This document shows, piece by piece, positions 12,682 to 26,653 of a stretch of 64,000 bases of DNA. Numbering within the stretch: position 1 is the stretch's first letter; every line of letters starts with the position of its first letter. The DNA is from Basidiobolus meristosporus CBS 931.73 (taxonomy: Eukaryota; Fungi; Basidiobolomycota). The DNA is taken from NCBI GenBank assembly GCA_002104905.1, contig MCFE01000312.1, forward strand, positions 1 through 64,000. The letters run 5' to 3'. Made by a program: the position numbers and the translations under genes. Under the pieces are notes generated by a model. The model made no database searches, had not been told where the DNA came from, and saw nothing but the letters and a program-made list of their open reading frames with translations.

Positions 12682-14059
12682 TGATACAATAGCCACACAA
12701 GCGGTCGAAGTGTTACGTGCTTAAGGTTAAAGGGCAAACAAAATATCAAAATATAGACACGAGAATTCAGTATAATAATCCAGGAGTTACAGGTAGAGTT
12801 ATCCGTGTTTTCAATGGGCGAACTCCTTGGTTTTATGTTTACGAAAGGATATCGTGGTCTAGGATGATGCTGATGATTTCATGGCAGTGATATTATAGGG
12901 ATCAGCCTCTCAAGAAATCACTGGCTAAAGAAAATACAAGGATTGAGGTATCAATGGTGATCGTTATCTTCTGACTAATCAGCTCTTACGTGGTGAAGGC
13001 ATGGTTTCAAGGGGTGCATAATTATTCGCAGCCTCAATACTGTAAAATACTACGGAAAGCATCCAGCCTGAACGGCTCTAATTCAGGGACCGCTGAGGAA
13101 TCGCCGACCATAGCGGAGTTACTGCTCAGTAAATAACAAACCGGGCCTGACGACAGCATGTGATTGCAAAGTGTGGAAATATACCACCAATGCCAACTGC
13201 TGCGGCTCGTTGAAAGGAAGCGGGAAACCTGTGTCTGTCTGCATGACCACTTTCACTGACCTTGGCAGGGCGGGAGATTTCGATTTAGTTTTTCCATGCG
13301 GAATAATCCTCACACAACAAGGCCTAATGCCGTTGTATTGGATTCGCGGTTGTCGCCCCTACTATACATGGAATTCGGAAGTCCTTCACTTCGAATTGCC
13401 CATCTGAACACATGCTGAGGACCCTAAAATGCGGCAAGGCAATGCACGTCAGAATGGATTGCTATCCAGACTAGTCAACACTGCGCCATTCCGAAACGGT
13501 GATTGGCAGTCGCCTCAAGTGACTTTGGAATATACCTGTTGGAAGCCTGCTCCGACTTGTTTTCTAATGGGAGTCACAAACCGTGAAGTTCCATCGCAAG
13601 GGGTTTACCCTTAAGCCGTAGCTCACTCACGGCACACCAGACAACGGAGAGAACGAATGTGCGTGATGCCTTAAATGGAACTATCCTTTATTGCTTAATA
13701 TATCAGTCTCACGATCTTGGCAGATGCGGAAAATACTAGATGAATATCACCAGCCGATGATGAGGTGAATGTGACGTTTATTGGATAGGGAACGAATAAA
13801 TAACCAGATCACATGCATATGTCTGGTGGAGTTGACCGGGACAGCGGCTTTGGAAAGAGGTCGAGAACTATAGGGAAAATTGGCTAATATTACAAAAATC
13901 CTGGCACCACTTTCAATATAGGTTTTTACATATATATATTCATGGCGAAGTCAAGTAGTAGATATTAATCATCCAAAGCACCAGGAGTACTTGGGTGGCT
14001 TGGTAGATATGGAGGGAAGCTTTGGAATAGCTCACGAAAAGAAAGTTTGCTCGGGATGC

Positions 14060-15194
14060 TTAGAGTAAACTATCCATTTTACTCATGACATCCAACACCG
14101 ACGCAACTGCCTCCAGACTCCCCTTGGTGCAGCCGCATTCTTCACATGCCTCGAATATGTTCTTAGCGCTTCCAACTGCTGGCCAAACCCCAAACATGCG
14201 GAAATAATCTTCCACCTTCTCGAAGCATTTCTCTCTCTCTTCAAGATCCATGGCCCACAACGCGTTTTCCAATACGTTGGCTGCATATGAGCTGCAAATC
14301 AATGCGATGGTGCGTAGTTGTAATAGTGGCTTGAGACTCTCGTCTTGGTGGTGAATATTTGTGGTGGTTAGCGCTCTGTCAGACTTCATCAGAAGAGAGG
14401 TGGTGACTCTCTTGACGATCTCATTCTTCGTTTGGGAGTCGCTAACGGGATGCGTCGCCATGTCAAAAATCAAGAAGCTTCGCTTTTCAGTTCGCAAGAC
14501 ACCCTTGTCCACCAGTCCTTTGGCAAGTCGCTCACGTACCTGCTTCAATTGGTAGCTCACTTTGGTCAAGTTCCAAGTTTCCCCTTTAAACAAAATCAAA
14601 AAAATCAATATAGAACGGAAAATCATGTCTTGAACTATTTGGCTCTACCGCTCATGTAGTCTATCCAGTTGTTGATGCTAAGCTGTTCGTTTGAGCTTTT
14701 CATTAGCTTGATGGCTTCATCCAAAAGCACCTCACCGGTCAAACTGGAATCAACAAGCTCAACAAGTCTATCGCTTAGTCGAGTATAACTATATGTGGCA
14801 TCTTTGACCACAGAAATCCTATTGCGTAAAGCCAACTCCAGCATTATACAGCCACGCAATGCATAGCTTATGTTGTCGTTCCAAAAAGAAAGGTAGCCCT
14901 AATCGAAAACAGGGATGCAGGCAGATAAGTACCAATGCATCAGAGTTTGCAGATGATAATAAAAACAACTACAAACTAAGAGGTTACCTGTTTGTCTTTT
15001 AAGCCCATCAGCAAAACTTCCTCCATCAAAGTTAGCTTGGGAGAGAGGTCATCAAATTCTTTCCCACTCTTGGGGGTGTTTATGGAGTTGGCAGATTTCG
15101 ACCTGTTCATTGGCTGGGAGGTTTCTTCTAGATGATCGCCAGATAAGTTATTGCCTGCAACGCGGCGACGTTGTAAACCACCATTGGAAGTCAT
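14060..15194 (-). CDS. VPS74: Golgi phosphoprotein 3 / Vps74 (GPP34 family), 3 exons
   Basis: Starts [12 protein letters not shown]. Spliced [34 protein letters not shown], then [35 protein letters not shown] and FDMATHP. Confidence 0.96.
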
Positions 15195-16371
15195 TGTTGG
15201 ATGTGGATGTGCCAGGGAAGGAAAATGGGGTTTCGAAAAGATGGAGAGCAACACTCAAAGTAACTTAGGTATATAACAAACAAGCAGGAAAATCAAGACG
15301 CCTTGATTTCTGTCAAGAAATGTTCGCCTCGAAAACAGCAAGTAGACCAGGAAATTTGGGGTTTCTCGCACTGGGGATGTTTTTAGTATTGAATTAGTAA
15401 ATTGGTATGATTTGATCTTGGTGAACTTTTTCTACATTGGCTTGTAGTCAGATTGTGTATTTCCAAATTCCCTCGAGCTGTTAAATACGGCTCGATATAA
15501 ATAGTCTTGTACGACAGTTAGCCACGTTACAGGTCCAGTATTTAAGCGTAGTTGAAAGTCCTGCTTATGCAGAAGGAAACCTCATTCTGCCTAACATGTA
15601 TTTTGGGCCTCCTACCTACTTAGGGAGTCAAATGCTGTCAACATTGCTGGGAGGTGAATTGTTATTGCCACCTCTCTCACAACAATCGCATTGGCCCGGA
15701 AGGGTGGATAACCACAGGATACCCGACATATAGGATACATCTCACCAGGAGCGCTCGGAGATGACAATGGTAAATCGTAGTACTGCCTCGGCCTCTGTTG
15801 GAGAGATCATTAAACTTGGCCAATAGCCAAGCGCGTTGCTACCGCTATCACACCTCCAGGCGAAATTCTCAACCACAGTCATGGTTACGGCCGCTTGGAC
15901 TAATTGCTTTGTGTAAAACATGGTGATGTCCCAGTCTAATAAATCATTAGTAAGCTGCCGATGAGGCTTGGTGGAATAATATCGATTTGTCAAGGGCATA
16001 TGAGAACCTCTCTAAATTAATATGTATTGTGTCGACTGAAGCATGATCAGATATGAACCTGCAGTTGCAAATGTGAGCATCCAAAAATATACGGGAATTT
16101 CAGGGAATTGTCCCACTCCCCCTTTGTATATATTCGGGGGTCGTAAGTACTAATTTGACATCAACCTCATCCTCAACTTGTTTGGCTTTATCCAATATTT
16201 TGTCATTGTACTCCATTGTTGTTTTCCCTGCTTCTGCTGAATCTTCTTCACTGAAAGAGGCGCTCGTTCTGTGGGAACGTTAATCAAAAGCCTGATTTTG
16301 TTCTTAGGTAGTCTTCAATCAATATTGAGCGATACTTTAAGCGGTGTATACCTTTCCCATAATTACAAAAC

Positions 16372-19300
16372 ATGACTATTGAGTCGAAATGGAGAGGTGG
16401 CCCTCGAGAAGGGCAGCCCGTGAGTTCTGTTACAAGCCAATCCTCATCAAATGAAAACATCCTAGCTACAAGTCTACCCTCTGTAAAATCCCAAATTCAA
16501 CAGTGGTCAAAGTTGCAGAGCACTTCAGACAAAAAATCCAGTCCCGTGGGAACTTCTTGCGAAGCAACAAAAATATCCACCCCTCAGCTTTTGAAAAGTG
16601 CTCAGAATAGTGGGATGGGGCTGGACGCTGCTGATGCAGCCTTGCGAGCTTCTGATACGGCCGCGGACACCATTACTTTAACTAAGCCAAATTCGGAACC
16701 TATCTCCTCTCTGGAAACGTTACCTCTTTCCACATACATATCTTCTGCACCTTCTACTGCAAAATCCTCGTCTGTTTCTATCAAAGTTCAGGAAACTTTA
16801 TATCCTAATAGAAGTCTTTCCACCCCGTCGGAGGTTAGCAAAAAGGTGCCTGGCCGTATTAATTCTCCTTTTATTGATGCCGACTCCGTGCAATTGGGTT
16901 ATTCCAAAGAGACGCCTGCACTCAGATCTGCTCTCACTGAACCAGCACCAGCTGGTTTCAGAAAGGATTTCTCAAATAGTCCACCAGCTGGTCATGGCCC
17001 TACCTCTACAAATCTTGTCCCCAGCAAAGTACCACAATCGAATTTCGTATCACATCAGAATATTAGAGATCGAGGTGAAAAGATTGAAGGCATTCTAGCG
17101 TCTAACCCTTTCTCTGATGAGCAAGCTGTTTCTGATACATCCGCCCATGGAATCGGCCTGACAATGACTTGTAGTGATCCCTCATCCAAACCATTCATTC
17201 AAGTACCAGCTAGGCCCGCACCTAAAAGCAGGCCGCTCCCAATATACTCAAAGGATCTACACACTGTAAGCTCTCTACTCTCACACTCACCGCCATCAAT
17301 TGAACAGGAGATCAAGCCAGATACTCCATATCCCAACGATACCACCAACGAGTCGCATATGAGGCTTCATTCAGCTCCTGAGGAGTGTATATCACACGAC
17401 ACTGATGGGGAAGCTAGAGCACTTCCTCGCTCTGCGCATGTGCCCTCGACCTACGCAGGGACCAATAGGGTGGAGCCAGGAGGAAGAGCCCCTTTTTACA
17501 CCAACACTACCGCAAGTAACAATAATATTGATAATGAAAGAGCTCATAAGCCCCCATTACTGTATCGTTCCAACACCAGGCTTCCTAGAGCACTTGAGCA
17601 AAACGAATACAGCAGTACAAACAACCGGCGACCAATACCAAATCGCCCCAACGTTACTACTCGACAAACTGACCCGACAAACGATTTCACTGCGAAGCAA
17701 GAACTTAATCCATATCTGCACCGTTCCAAAACTGTGTCTACAAATGATGCTCGCACTAATATACGGGACCTTAGGATGCAACAAAAAGACCCGCTGGCAT
17801 CACGCCGTCCGCCCAACCCTTCCGTCCCCTTAACCCTTAATAATAGAAACCCGAACCTAGCGGATATGGCCCCTATGATACCAAGAAAGGGTGTTCCGAT
17901 CTCCAGCAAGCAGGATTATGAACAAAAGCCTGCTGTGCCACTTAGACCGATGCTTGATTCCTATTTACCTAATCCCAATCTCGCTAGCAGAGGAGCGCCT
18001 AGCCTTCTACTTGATACAATGACAGCTGAGAACAAGCCTCCCTCCTACGATCCCCAAGGCATGGCTTCCGAAGCGGTACCACCATCGCTCCCACCCAAAC
18101 CAGCTTTGCCGCAAAAATGGGCCAACAACAACTTTGGACAATACAATACATACGATACGAACATTACGCCTGATACTTTCGAGCCTTCAGCACTTTCTCG
18201 ACAGAGCTCAAACGCCACCGATTCCGATTCTAATTCAGACGATGGAACCTCCACGACGCAACAGCCGCTCTTTCCTGATCAGACATACGCCAACGTCAGA
18301 GCCCCCGAGCTTTCAGAGAAATCCGAAGCGTACACGATAAAGCTACAGCATAAAAATCCCCCCAAACGGTTCTGTATCACCGGGCACGTTGTAGTCACCG
18401 GAAACGTGGCCATAAAGGTCTGGAATATGGTAAAGCAGGAGGCAACTACGATTGGCCATGAAGATGGCCGAGTCAGCTCGATTGCAGCATGTCCCGCTGT
18501 CCGCGTTGAAGATGAAGGGAGGAGGTTCTGGTGCGGATTGTTTGATGGTACATTGATTGAGATTGATACCGAAACATGCAAGGTGACCAGCAGGATCTCC
18601 TCGGCGCATAGTTCGCCCGTAAATCATATCCTGAGGTACAAGTTACAGCTTTGGACCATCGACGACAGTGGGGTGGTGAAGATCTGGACGCCGAACGTAA
18701 ACAAACAGCTGTCATTGCTGGAGAAATCCCCCGCTATACAGATCGCCAAGAAACAGCAAGTGGCCATTGTGGTTCGAAACGAGCTCTGGACGGCCAAGGA
18801 CCGGAATCTAAATATCTATGCCTACAAGAGTGGCCACATTGGCAACTCCTTTGAGCAGGTCGAAACGTTGGATATCTTTCCCGAGTTCGGTAACTTCACC
18901 TGCTTGACGAAAAACAGAGAAGGAACCATCGTGTACTCTGGCCATATGGATGGCAAGGTCATGATCTGGGACACCATGACTCATAGCTGTGTGCGTGTTG
19001 TGCCGGTGTCCAACTACCGGATTTGCTCGTTGCTTTGCGTAAGGGAAAGGTATCTTTGGACCGGATTTGCTACTGGGCGTATCTACATCTACGATATGAG
19101 CTTCGCACACTGGAATCTCGTGAAAAGCTGGGATGCTCATCGCTCCTCTCCGGTCACTCAGCTCATATTCAACTCCTCGTCAATCTTCTTGTGCGGAAAC
19201 GTGCAGATCGCAAGCTTTGCGGAGGATGGTGGGGTCAAGATTTGGGACGGCATGCTGACCCGGGACTGGAAAGGTGGGGGACTTTTCTTTCGAATGGCGC

Positions 19301-20696
19301 GGTTCCAATAGCACTAACGTCGTGTCGATTTAGAGAAGGAGATGCTGCAGCGGGATGCGGAATTTTGCGAGTTCCGCGACATCAAGGTTCTCATTTGCTC
19401 GTGGAATATCGACGCCAGCAAACCGCAAAACCTCGAAGAAGAGGAGGCGGCAGCCATGGAGTCCTGGCTATCCGCCATCAAAGATCCGGAGATCATCGTG
19501 GTGGGTTTCCAAGAGGCGGTGAATCTGGAATCCAAAAAAGTCACAGCAAGTAAGTGTCCCTTCCTGTTTAAACGATGGGTATCCTGGTGATGTTAAGATG
19601 TCTTCGTATTTCAGAGTCTATCCTCAAGTTCAAGAACAAGAGCAAGAGCAAGACCAATGAAGAGCCTTGGACTCAGAGATATAAGCTGTGGCAGGACAAG
19701 CTGACGGAGGCCATCGGGCGGGCCGGCCACCAATCGAAATACGAGCTGATCCACTGTCATAATCTAATAGGATTGTTTACCTGTGTTTTCGTCAAGGTTA
19801 GTGAGAAACCCAAGATTCAGTGTGCAGCGGCCGGCAAAGTGAAAACCGGCTTTGGCGGTTTGCACGGCAACAAGGTAATTTGCGAGAATCGTTTTCATAG
19901 AAAACCAACTGAATCCAATTCAAACACCGATGACTAGGGCGCCATCGCGGTCCGTTTCTTGTATGAGGACTCATCCTTTTGCTTTGTCAATTGCCATCTG
20001 GCTGCAGGACAAGGCCATGTTTTACAGCGCAACAACGATGCGGCAACCATCCTGCAAACATCGGTGTTTGAGCCCATCAACGGCGACAAATTTGTTTTCG
20101 TTAAGGGCGGGAACGGCACTCTTATCACCGACCATGGCCTTTGTTTCTGGTCGGGCGATCTGAACTACCGTATAGATTTACCCAGGCAGAAGGTGCTAGA
20201 ATTGATTGGGAGGCAAGAGTGGGACAAACTCTATGAGAACGACCAGCTGCAACGGGAGCAGTCGCAGAATCTCGCCTTCATGCTACGGTCCTTCACGGAA
20301 GGGCCGATCCAATTCGCACCCACCTACAAGTACAACCCATTGTCCAACACGTACGATACCTCAGAGAAGCAGCGCATCCCAGCCTGGTGCGATCGTATCC
20401 TCTACAGGGGTGAACGGATTCAGCAGCACAGCTATGATCGGCACGAATTGACCAACTCGGACCATAGGCCAATCAGTGCAGTATTCACTGCGACCATCAA
20501 GCGAGTGCTTCCTCAAGTGGAGAAAGTCCAGGTTGATGTTGAAGCAGCGTGGGCGAATTACATGGAGAAGATCTATCACCATGGTATGGAAAACTGGCTG
20601 GTTGAGTGTGGCTACCCGCGGGAGATTGTCAAGCAGGTTCTTGAGAGAGACTACAACATCACGAACGCAGCAAACTTCCTAAATTCGCAGTACTGA
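16372..20696 (+). CDS. Inositol polyphosphate 5-phosphatase: Pro/Ser-rich N-terminus, WD40-like propeller, IPPc domain, UBA-like tail (4 exons)
   Basis: WD-type repeats (GHMDGKVMIWD, EDGGVKIWD). IPPc motifs ICSWNI, VGFQEAV, GLHGNK/GAIAVRF, CHLAAG, WSGDLNYRID, PTYKY, PAWCDRILY and SDHRPI. Three GT-AG introns. Confidence 0.93.
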
Positions 20697-22770
20697 TCTC
20701 TGCCAACGGACACACCCCATACCTTTCCTGTGCCATCCATTTATTTATCCTGTATGATTAATCGCCACTATTCTACCTACATCCCATCCATCGCCCAACT
20801 CAGCTCTGCTGCACCCTCGCAACCCTAAGTAGTAGTGTCTTCGCATTGGCCAATACCCTATATCCTATATATTGCTGTGACTTTATCGGGGAAATTGGCA
20901 TTAAAATAGCATCTCTTTACACATCAGCAGTCGTAGCCATCGCCGTGAGATGCGTCCATTTGTGAAGCTAGAATCTGGCTCTGGCGTAATTAGCCCGACA
21001 CCGAATCATCACTTCCGTAAGGGGACACAACCGTGCATGTCTCGTGCCCCGATAATTTGAAGATCTGCATTATATGCAGGTGTGTAATCAACATTAGTGG
21101 CTATTTACTGAGTTGGCTCCCTAATATCCTAGTCTGGGAATCTATCACATATGTTGATCATTGATACGCTACATGAGCAATTAACCGTTCGAGTACAAGG
21201 GGGCATGACCAGGTGCGAAAGCTCATTGTTACAACTATCAGATTCCATGTCTCGATGTCTGGTGTCATCCCGCACCCGAGTTGGCTCCCAAGACCCAAGC
21301 AGCGAGACCCACATGAAATGGCCACCAGGAACCCTCGTTGCAACACCGGTATATCGCTGGTAGCAAGACACAACCACTCAGCTGCTGATGTAATATGATG
21401 GTTTAAATCAGGCCAGATGAAGCGGGTGATTAGCACAAGTATAGCCTGGGTGGCTTGCAGATACTGCTCTTCCAGAACTGGAGATAATCACCAGCGGTTG
21501 GTGACCATTTGCCATATCAGGTGATTTTCCATAGGACTACTTGGTGCTAAAGGTGGGCAGCACACACGTAGTCCGCCGATAAAGGATATCCATGGAACTA
21601 TGAAGATCCTTGGCTGGGAGTCCGATGATCTTTCATCGCCTTCACTGCGACTGTATAATATAAGCTCCACGTTTGCATGCAAAGACCGTCACGAGCTTGG
21701 AAATCTTGTACCATGGGATGACGTAATGTGGGCGCCTACCGTTGAATCACAACAGGAACGCCAATGGGAGTGCAGTCTGTATTTGTGGGTGGCTAAAGTG
21801 CCAGTCACCAAGTTTCACCGATTCATATACTTCTCACGGACTTGGCTCCATACTAGGTGCAGGTCCAGAGAGTGGAGCGTAATGCAGCATCCGTATATGC
21901 ACCGCTTTGATGCGCATTGCCTGAGACTCGTGGAACCGAAGCGATGATGGTTTTTCCATGACATCTTGACATCGACGTCCTTGAGAGGGTACACTCGGGG
22001 GATCTTCTAAAGGCCATCATACACAGTAGGTCTATTGTTTCTTTGGAAGGGTGGCAAAGGCACAGTGATGTTTTTCAAAGCATTTTCTATTTGATTCTTC
22101 TTTCAATTAGTCGTCAACCCACTGCTCCAATATATTAATCTCCAAGGACCGACTGCTGATAGGAAACTGTTTCAATTGCCCTCCTACCATTTTCGGATCG
22201 GTCCCCCTTTTTGGAGCTCCATCGCCGGTGGTTACTTAGGGTCGTTTGCCAGCTGTGTTCCATGGTCTAATCTTCATTTCGCCCCTGACGTTGATCATGT
22301 GCGAAGTCTTGACACGATGCCGGGTATGTAGACGAGGGCGTGTGTGTGTGCAATGAATCCATGGGAGGCAACTGGTGGTGGGATGCGCCCAACACAACAG
22401 CATTGTGTCAAATGAAGTAATGGCATCCAGCAAGCCAACAGCGCTGGTATCTAGTCTTTCACATCGTGGTGTGTTTCAGCGAGGCAGGCTGCGGAGAAGC
22501 ACTTTATTGTTACAAATTGCCTGGATAAAGACTACAGGAAATACTGGATTGTTGTTCGAAAACATCCTATATACAGTTAGGGTGGTGGAAATGACGGCAT
22601 CCATGCTGCCTTAGACACCTACTGACAATGCCAGTCCATTGGGATAGACGCCATCAAACAAAGTGAGATCAATGATAGAAATTTGGAATATCTCGGTGAT
22701 GATGTAGGATAATAAATGGTGAAATATACATTGGCAGGGGCACATGCTACTTTCGCGAAGTCCAGTGGAT

Positions 22771-23490
22771 CTAAACAACCAGGACGGATACAGTGGTAGG
22801 ATTCAGGTATTCTTTTTGTAGCAATCCCAAGGGTACATCGTCCTCCTTATCGAGGATCCCTCTTGTGGATGAGTATGGCGGTGGCGGCACTCTTTGCTGG
22901 ATAGTAGGGCACGACCGACGACGGACAAGCAGGCTAGAATCCCTAGCATGGTATCGTCTCTCTTGCATCAGCTGCCTGGGGGCGATCCCTTCGCTTTTGA
23001 GCTTCAATGTGGCCTTGGTAATTAGCCGTTGGATCAAGAATACCTGAATTAGTGGGCGTCGGGAGGGCTCTTGCAGCTTCTGAAGGCTGATTTTGTATGC
23101 AAGTTGGGGAGCTGGAGTTGAGTACTCGGTTGCTGCGACGTGTGGCTCTACATATATGCTTTCCATGATTGTAACCTCGTTTGCAACCGTAGGCTCCTTC
23201 AGGTCGACGGAACCTTCGGGTAAGAAGCCTCGGGTGCTGCCCCTCTTGAGGTAAGAAGGAAGGCTGAAGAGTTTCCGTGGAGGAGCTCGTGTTACCCCGT
23301 CAACAATACCAATAGGAGCTTCGATTTTTGGTGCATCGTTCTTGGTTGGTTTTGGCTCGTTATGAAGCAGAAAAAGGCCGGAAAGTCTACGTTTAAGAGA
23401 GCCTTTTTTAGCGGGGCATTTGGGCTTAGAATTCGGGTTCTCCGAAGGCATGCTAAGCTCTATAGAAGATTGGGAGACTTTGATGACCAT
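22771..23490 (-). CDS. Hypothetical protein (239 aa, low complexity, C-terminal PPPY and EDDVPLG motifs)
   Basis: ATG-started 720-bp ORF with protein-like composition and an upstream purine/TATA-like region. No family recognised. Confidence 0.65.
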   Translation of the reverse strand: MVIKVSQSSIELSMPSENPNSKPKCPAKKGSLKRRLSGLFLLHNEPKPTKNDAPKIEAPIGIVDGVTRAPPRKLFSLPSYLKRGSTRGFLPEGSVDLKEPTVANEVTIMESIYVEPHVAATEYSTPAPQLAYKISLQKLQEPSRRPLIQVFLIQRLITKATLKLKSEGIAPRQLMQERRYHARDSSLLVRRRSCPTIQQRVPPPPYSSTRGILDKEDDVPLGLLQKEYLNPTTVSVLVV

Positions 23491-24807
23491 TCACGGAATA
23501 AGAGGGAGTGTTGCTAGCACTAAGCGAATGTGCGATTTTAGGGATGTAGTTAATGTGATGGCTTTCTTCTGCAAGAATCCAAAAGTGTAGAATCAGTGAC
23601 AATACTTCCACAGTGCGGTGAATGAGCTTATATAGTCATGGGTAATTAGCAATCCGACATCGTCAGATCTTGTGGTGATCACGTAGCTAGCCTTGTCCAT
23701 GAATTTCTTAAACCTAATAATCAAATCCGAAAGTATATTGTCAGTGGCACTAATCCAGATGCGAGAGCTAATTATGGCAATGCTTCCTCATACAACCTCA
23801 CGTCAATCATCGAACAAAGCCCCAAGAATTAATCTAATTAAGCAGATATCCGTGGATTCATCTTCGAAAGATCGTTTCATAAGCCTATTCCTCTGGACAC
23901 TGGTGGTAGGATGCAATCTATGGTGGTTGACAAAGTCTCTCCCCGCATAGCACCACTGTTTCCCGTTCTTTCGGTCATTTGTACCAATCGATATGAAGTA
24001 AAGGACCAAGTGTTGATACGAGCAGGCAAGGATCCCCTGCATAGATGGATGCCATCATTTCCAATATGGAACTGGGATTGCTTCGATCGGAGATTTTACG
24101 CATGTCCCACCAATTGAGTACGGCAGCGCAGGACCGTGGTTTTTGAGGGTCAATAGTTGTATTCAACTTATATGGAGTGTGGCCAACCCTATGTTCGTAT
24201 CGCCGAAATCTGAGGTTAGCGTACGTCGAGCTAGACCCCGTTCGGATAAACTCAGCCATCATCAGCTACTCAATTGATTATAATAAAAACGCACACTTGG
24301 AAGCCAATCGGTAGCCTCGCCCTGCAAAAGCTGCTTCGTAGCCTAGGGGCTGCGAAGAGGCGCTCTGGTACGGGTCTTTGAGTCGACACATCAGTAATTA
24401 TCTCATCATATGTTTGCCAATGAATCGCTCATATCTGATCGAGTCATGAATATAGGGGTTTTGCATCCACCACGGCGCCAGAGCGTGTTCCATCCTAACA
24501 TACGCTGCGGTGGTAGCAATGAAGGTCTAAGAAACAAATTAACCACTTGGCCTCGACCGGTTTCAAATTCGTAAAGGGCCGCTGCTCCTTTATCACCTCC
24601 ACTGCCATCCCAACACAATGCGTGTCAGCATGTTTCGATCGACGCAAAGGAATCTCTGGCAATCAAGAGTTTCAAATTACTCATCATCAACAGCTGCGAA
24701 AGCCCCATTGATGAGGGCTTGATCCGGTTCCCATCAGAAACATGGGAAACCTTATCATATGAAAGCAACAACAGCGACGGGATACTGAGCTAAGTAACTA
24801 AACTGGA

Positions 24808-24866
24808 TTGCCCTGCCCTGCCCCGCCCTGCCTTGTCTGCCACTGCCACTGCCACTGCCACTGGCC
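24808..24866. repeat. Compound microsatellite (TGCCC)n-(GCCACT)n
   Basis: ttgccctgccctgccccgccctgccttgtctgccactgccactgccactgccactggcc. Confidence 0.8.
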
Positions 24867-25427
24867 TTGAAGGATGCCACCACGCGGTGTCACTCGGATC
24901 TGGATGGGTTCGGTTTGCACGCTGCAACACCATCAGGCATCCATATCACGAGTGCTCTGCATTTGGTGGAATCTTCCGAATGAATAGAGCAGTAAATAAT
25001 GATATAGGAAATCGAGAGCAGTCATTAGTGGCAGTTGGAAACATTAATTAGCCAGATCATCATTCTTAGATCTCCTATTAGGCCCAAATAATTTATGCAT
25101 CAATGCCGTACATCTTTGATCAATCATCACTTCTCACTTCAGCTGCACTTCTACATGTTGCACTCATTCATTACCTCATTGTGGTTTCTGGGGTAGAGAG
25201 AGATCCAATAGGGGGCTGAGTTTGCAGCACCTATATAAGCTTTCCGCCACCACTACTAGTGTATCCTTCTGGTTTCCATAAACTTACGTTATACCTTCAC
25301 CTAACCTTACGCATTTGTTCATTGCGTGTAAACCTGACCCTGCGTCCGCAGCAGCTTGTGTTTTCCATACTCTATTAAGCACTAATTCCTCCTGGATATC
25401 CCTCGCAAACCCACTTCCTTCTTTCTA

Positions 25428-26276
25428 ATGTCTCCAAATTCCCCCTCGCCAATTCCACTTCCTGCCGTCGACGTAATTCGACCCGATTCTGCGGCAGACA
25501 TCGATGACCTGATTTACATGGGTTGCACAAATACCAAAAAAAATCTCAAATGTTTGCATTCACAGCTTTTACCACGCTCTAATAACTTCCAACGTACGTT
25601 GTTCCCGTTTGATTTCGACCATCTAGTCACTCTAGGTAGACATCCCTTGCAGCATTCCAACTTATCGACTTCACCCATACCCGAGACTGTCACACAAGAG
25701 AACTTCTCTCTCGGTTTACTCCATAACGAGTCAATAGAATCCATGAGCTCGTACGAAACTATCATAAGCGAGGCGAACGATAAACCCGACGATTCGTTGG
25801 ATGTCTCCCCATTCCCCGTCATTAGATCTGTAGAAGAGCAAGTCATGGACATTGACCATCTGATGGAGATTGGCTTAAGCGCTGGGTCATACCACGCTTT
25901 GAATGCTGACGGGCTAGGTAACCACTGCAAATCCGATGTAAAAAACACAGAAAACCTCGAGATTATAGACAAGAACACTATGGCTCCACCAAATTTAGCC
26001 ATCTGCCATTCTCCTCCCTTAATCCGTGCATGGGGACAATACCCTACCAAGCGCTCTTCTGTACATCCTCTGGATATAGACAGTCTTATCCATATTGGCG
26101 CCTTCGCAACATGCCCGCGTCAAGTGCACGATCGAAAGGACCAGGCAAAGTCCACAACCAAGTCTACCGAACTTGCGTCACATCCCGATCACTCGACCTC
26201 ATCACACCGAATGAATTTCCGTTCTCTGCGGAGATATGTGGGTAAGCTGAAGAGAGTGTTTCTGTTCAGGAGCTGA
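25428..26276 (+). CDS. Hypothetical protein (282 aa)
   Basis: ATG-started 849-bp ORF preceded by TATATAA at about 25232 and a pyrimidine-rich leader. It has an internal repeated idea 'DID.L..IG' (DIDDLIYMG, DIDHLMEIG, DIDSLIHIG). No family recognised. Confidence 0.7.
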   Translation: MSPNSPSPIPLPAVDVIRPDSAADIDDLIYMGCTNTKKNLKCLHSQLLPRSNNFQRTLFPFDFDHLVTLGRHPLQHSNLSTSPIPETVTQENFSLGLLHNESIESMSSYETIISEANDKPDDSLDVSPFPVIRSVEEQVMDIDHLMEIGLSAGSYHALNADGLGNHCKSDVKNTENLEIIDKNTMAPPNLAICHSPPLIRAWGQYPTKRSSVHPLDIDSLIHIGAFATCPRQVHDRKDQAKSTTKSTELASHPDHSTSSHRMNFRSLRRYVGKLKRVFLFRS

Positions 26277-26653
26277 ACCATTTCCGCTTAACTTAAGAGG
26301 TTTGCTGTGACGGCACCGCAGTCGGATGACCACGTATTTTATAATAGGATCTGTTCGTCTGTTAATGTACATGACTAATTTTAATGCCCTTCTGCTCGGA
26401 TGTACAAATATTTTTTTCATTTTTGAGCTAATCCTCACGAACGTCTTTACACTTATCACGATCAACCGGATGGCTGCAGCCATGCGTTAATAATAATGTA
26501 TCACCAAACGTACTTCAAAGTTCAATTGAATAGGGTTTTATTCAGAGTGGAGTGGATGTACAGATGACTAATCTATGTTAGGTGGGAGTGTCACCGAAGG
26601 GTGAATGGCGTTTGGAAAGTGAGGATGTTGTATGTAGATAGAAAGAATGAGGC

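Noticed and set aside
9919-12684. ORFs antisense to PRS and to ceramide glucosyltransferase
   Set aside because: Same shadow effect; they lie wholly within well-supported opposite-strand genes.
13119-13614. Short ORFs between the glucosyltransferase and VPS74
   Set aside because: No coding signature or family recognised.
21121-24262. Overlapping short ORFs at 21.1-22.6 kb and 23.7-24.3 kb
   Set aside because: They occur on both strands with no dominant frame, and I could not assemble a spliced product.
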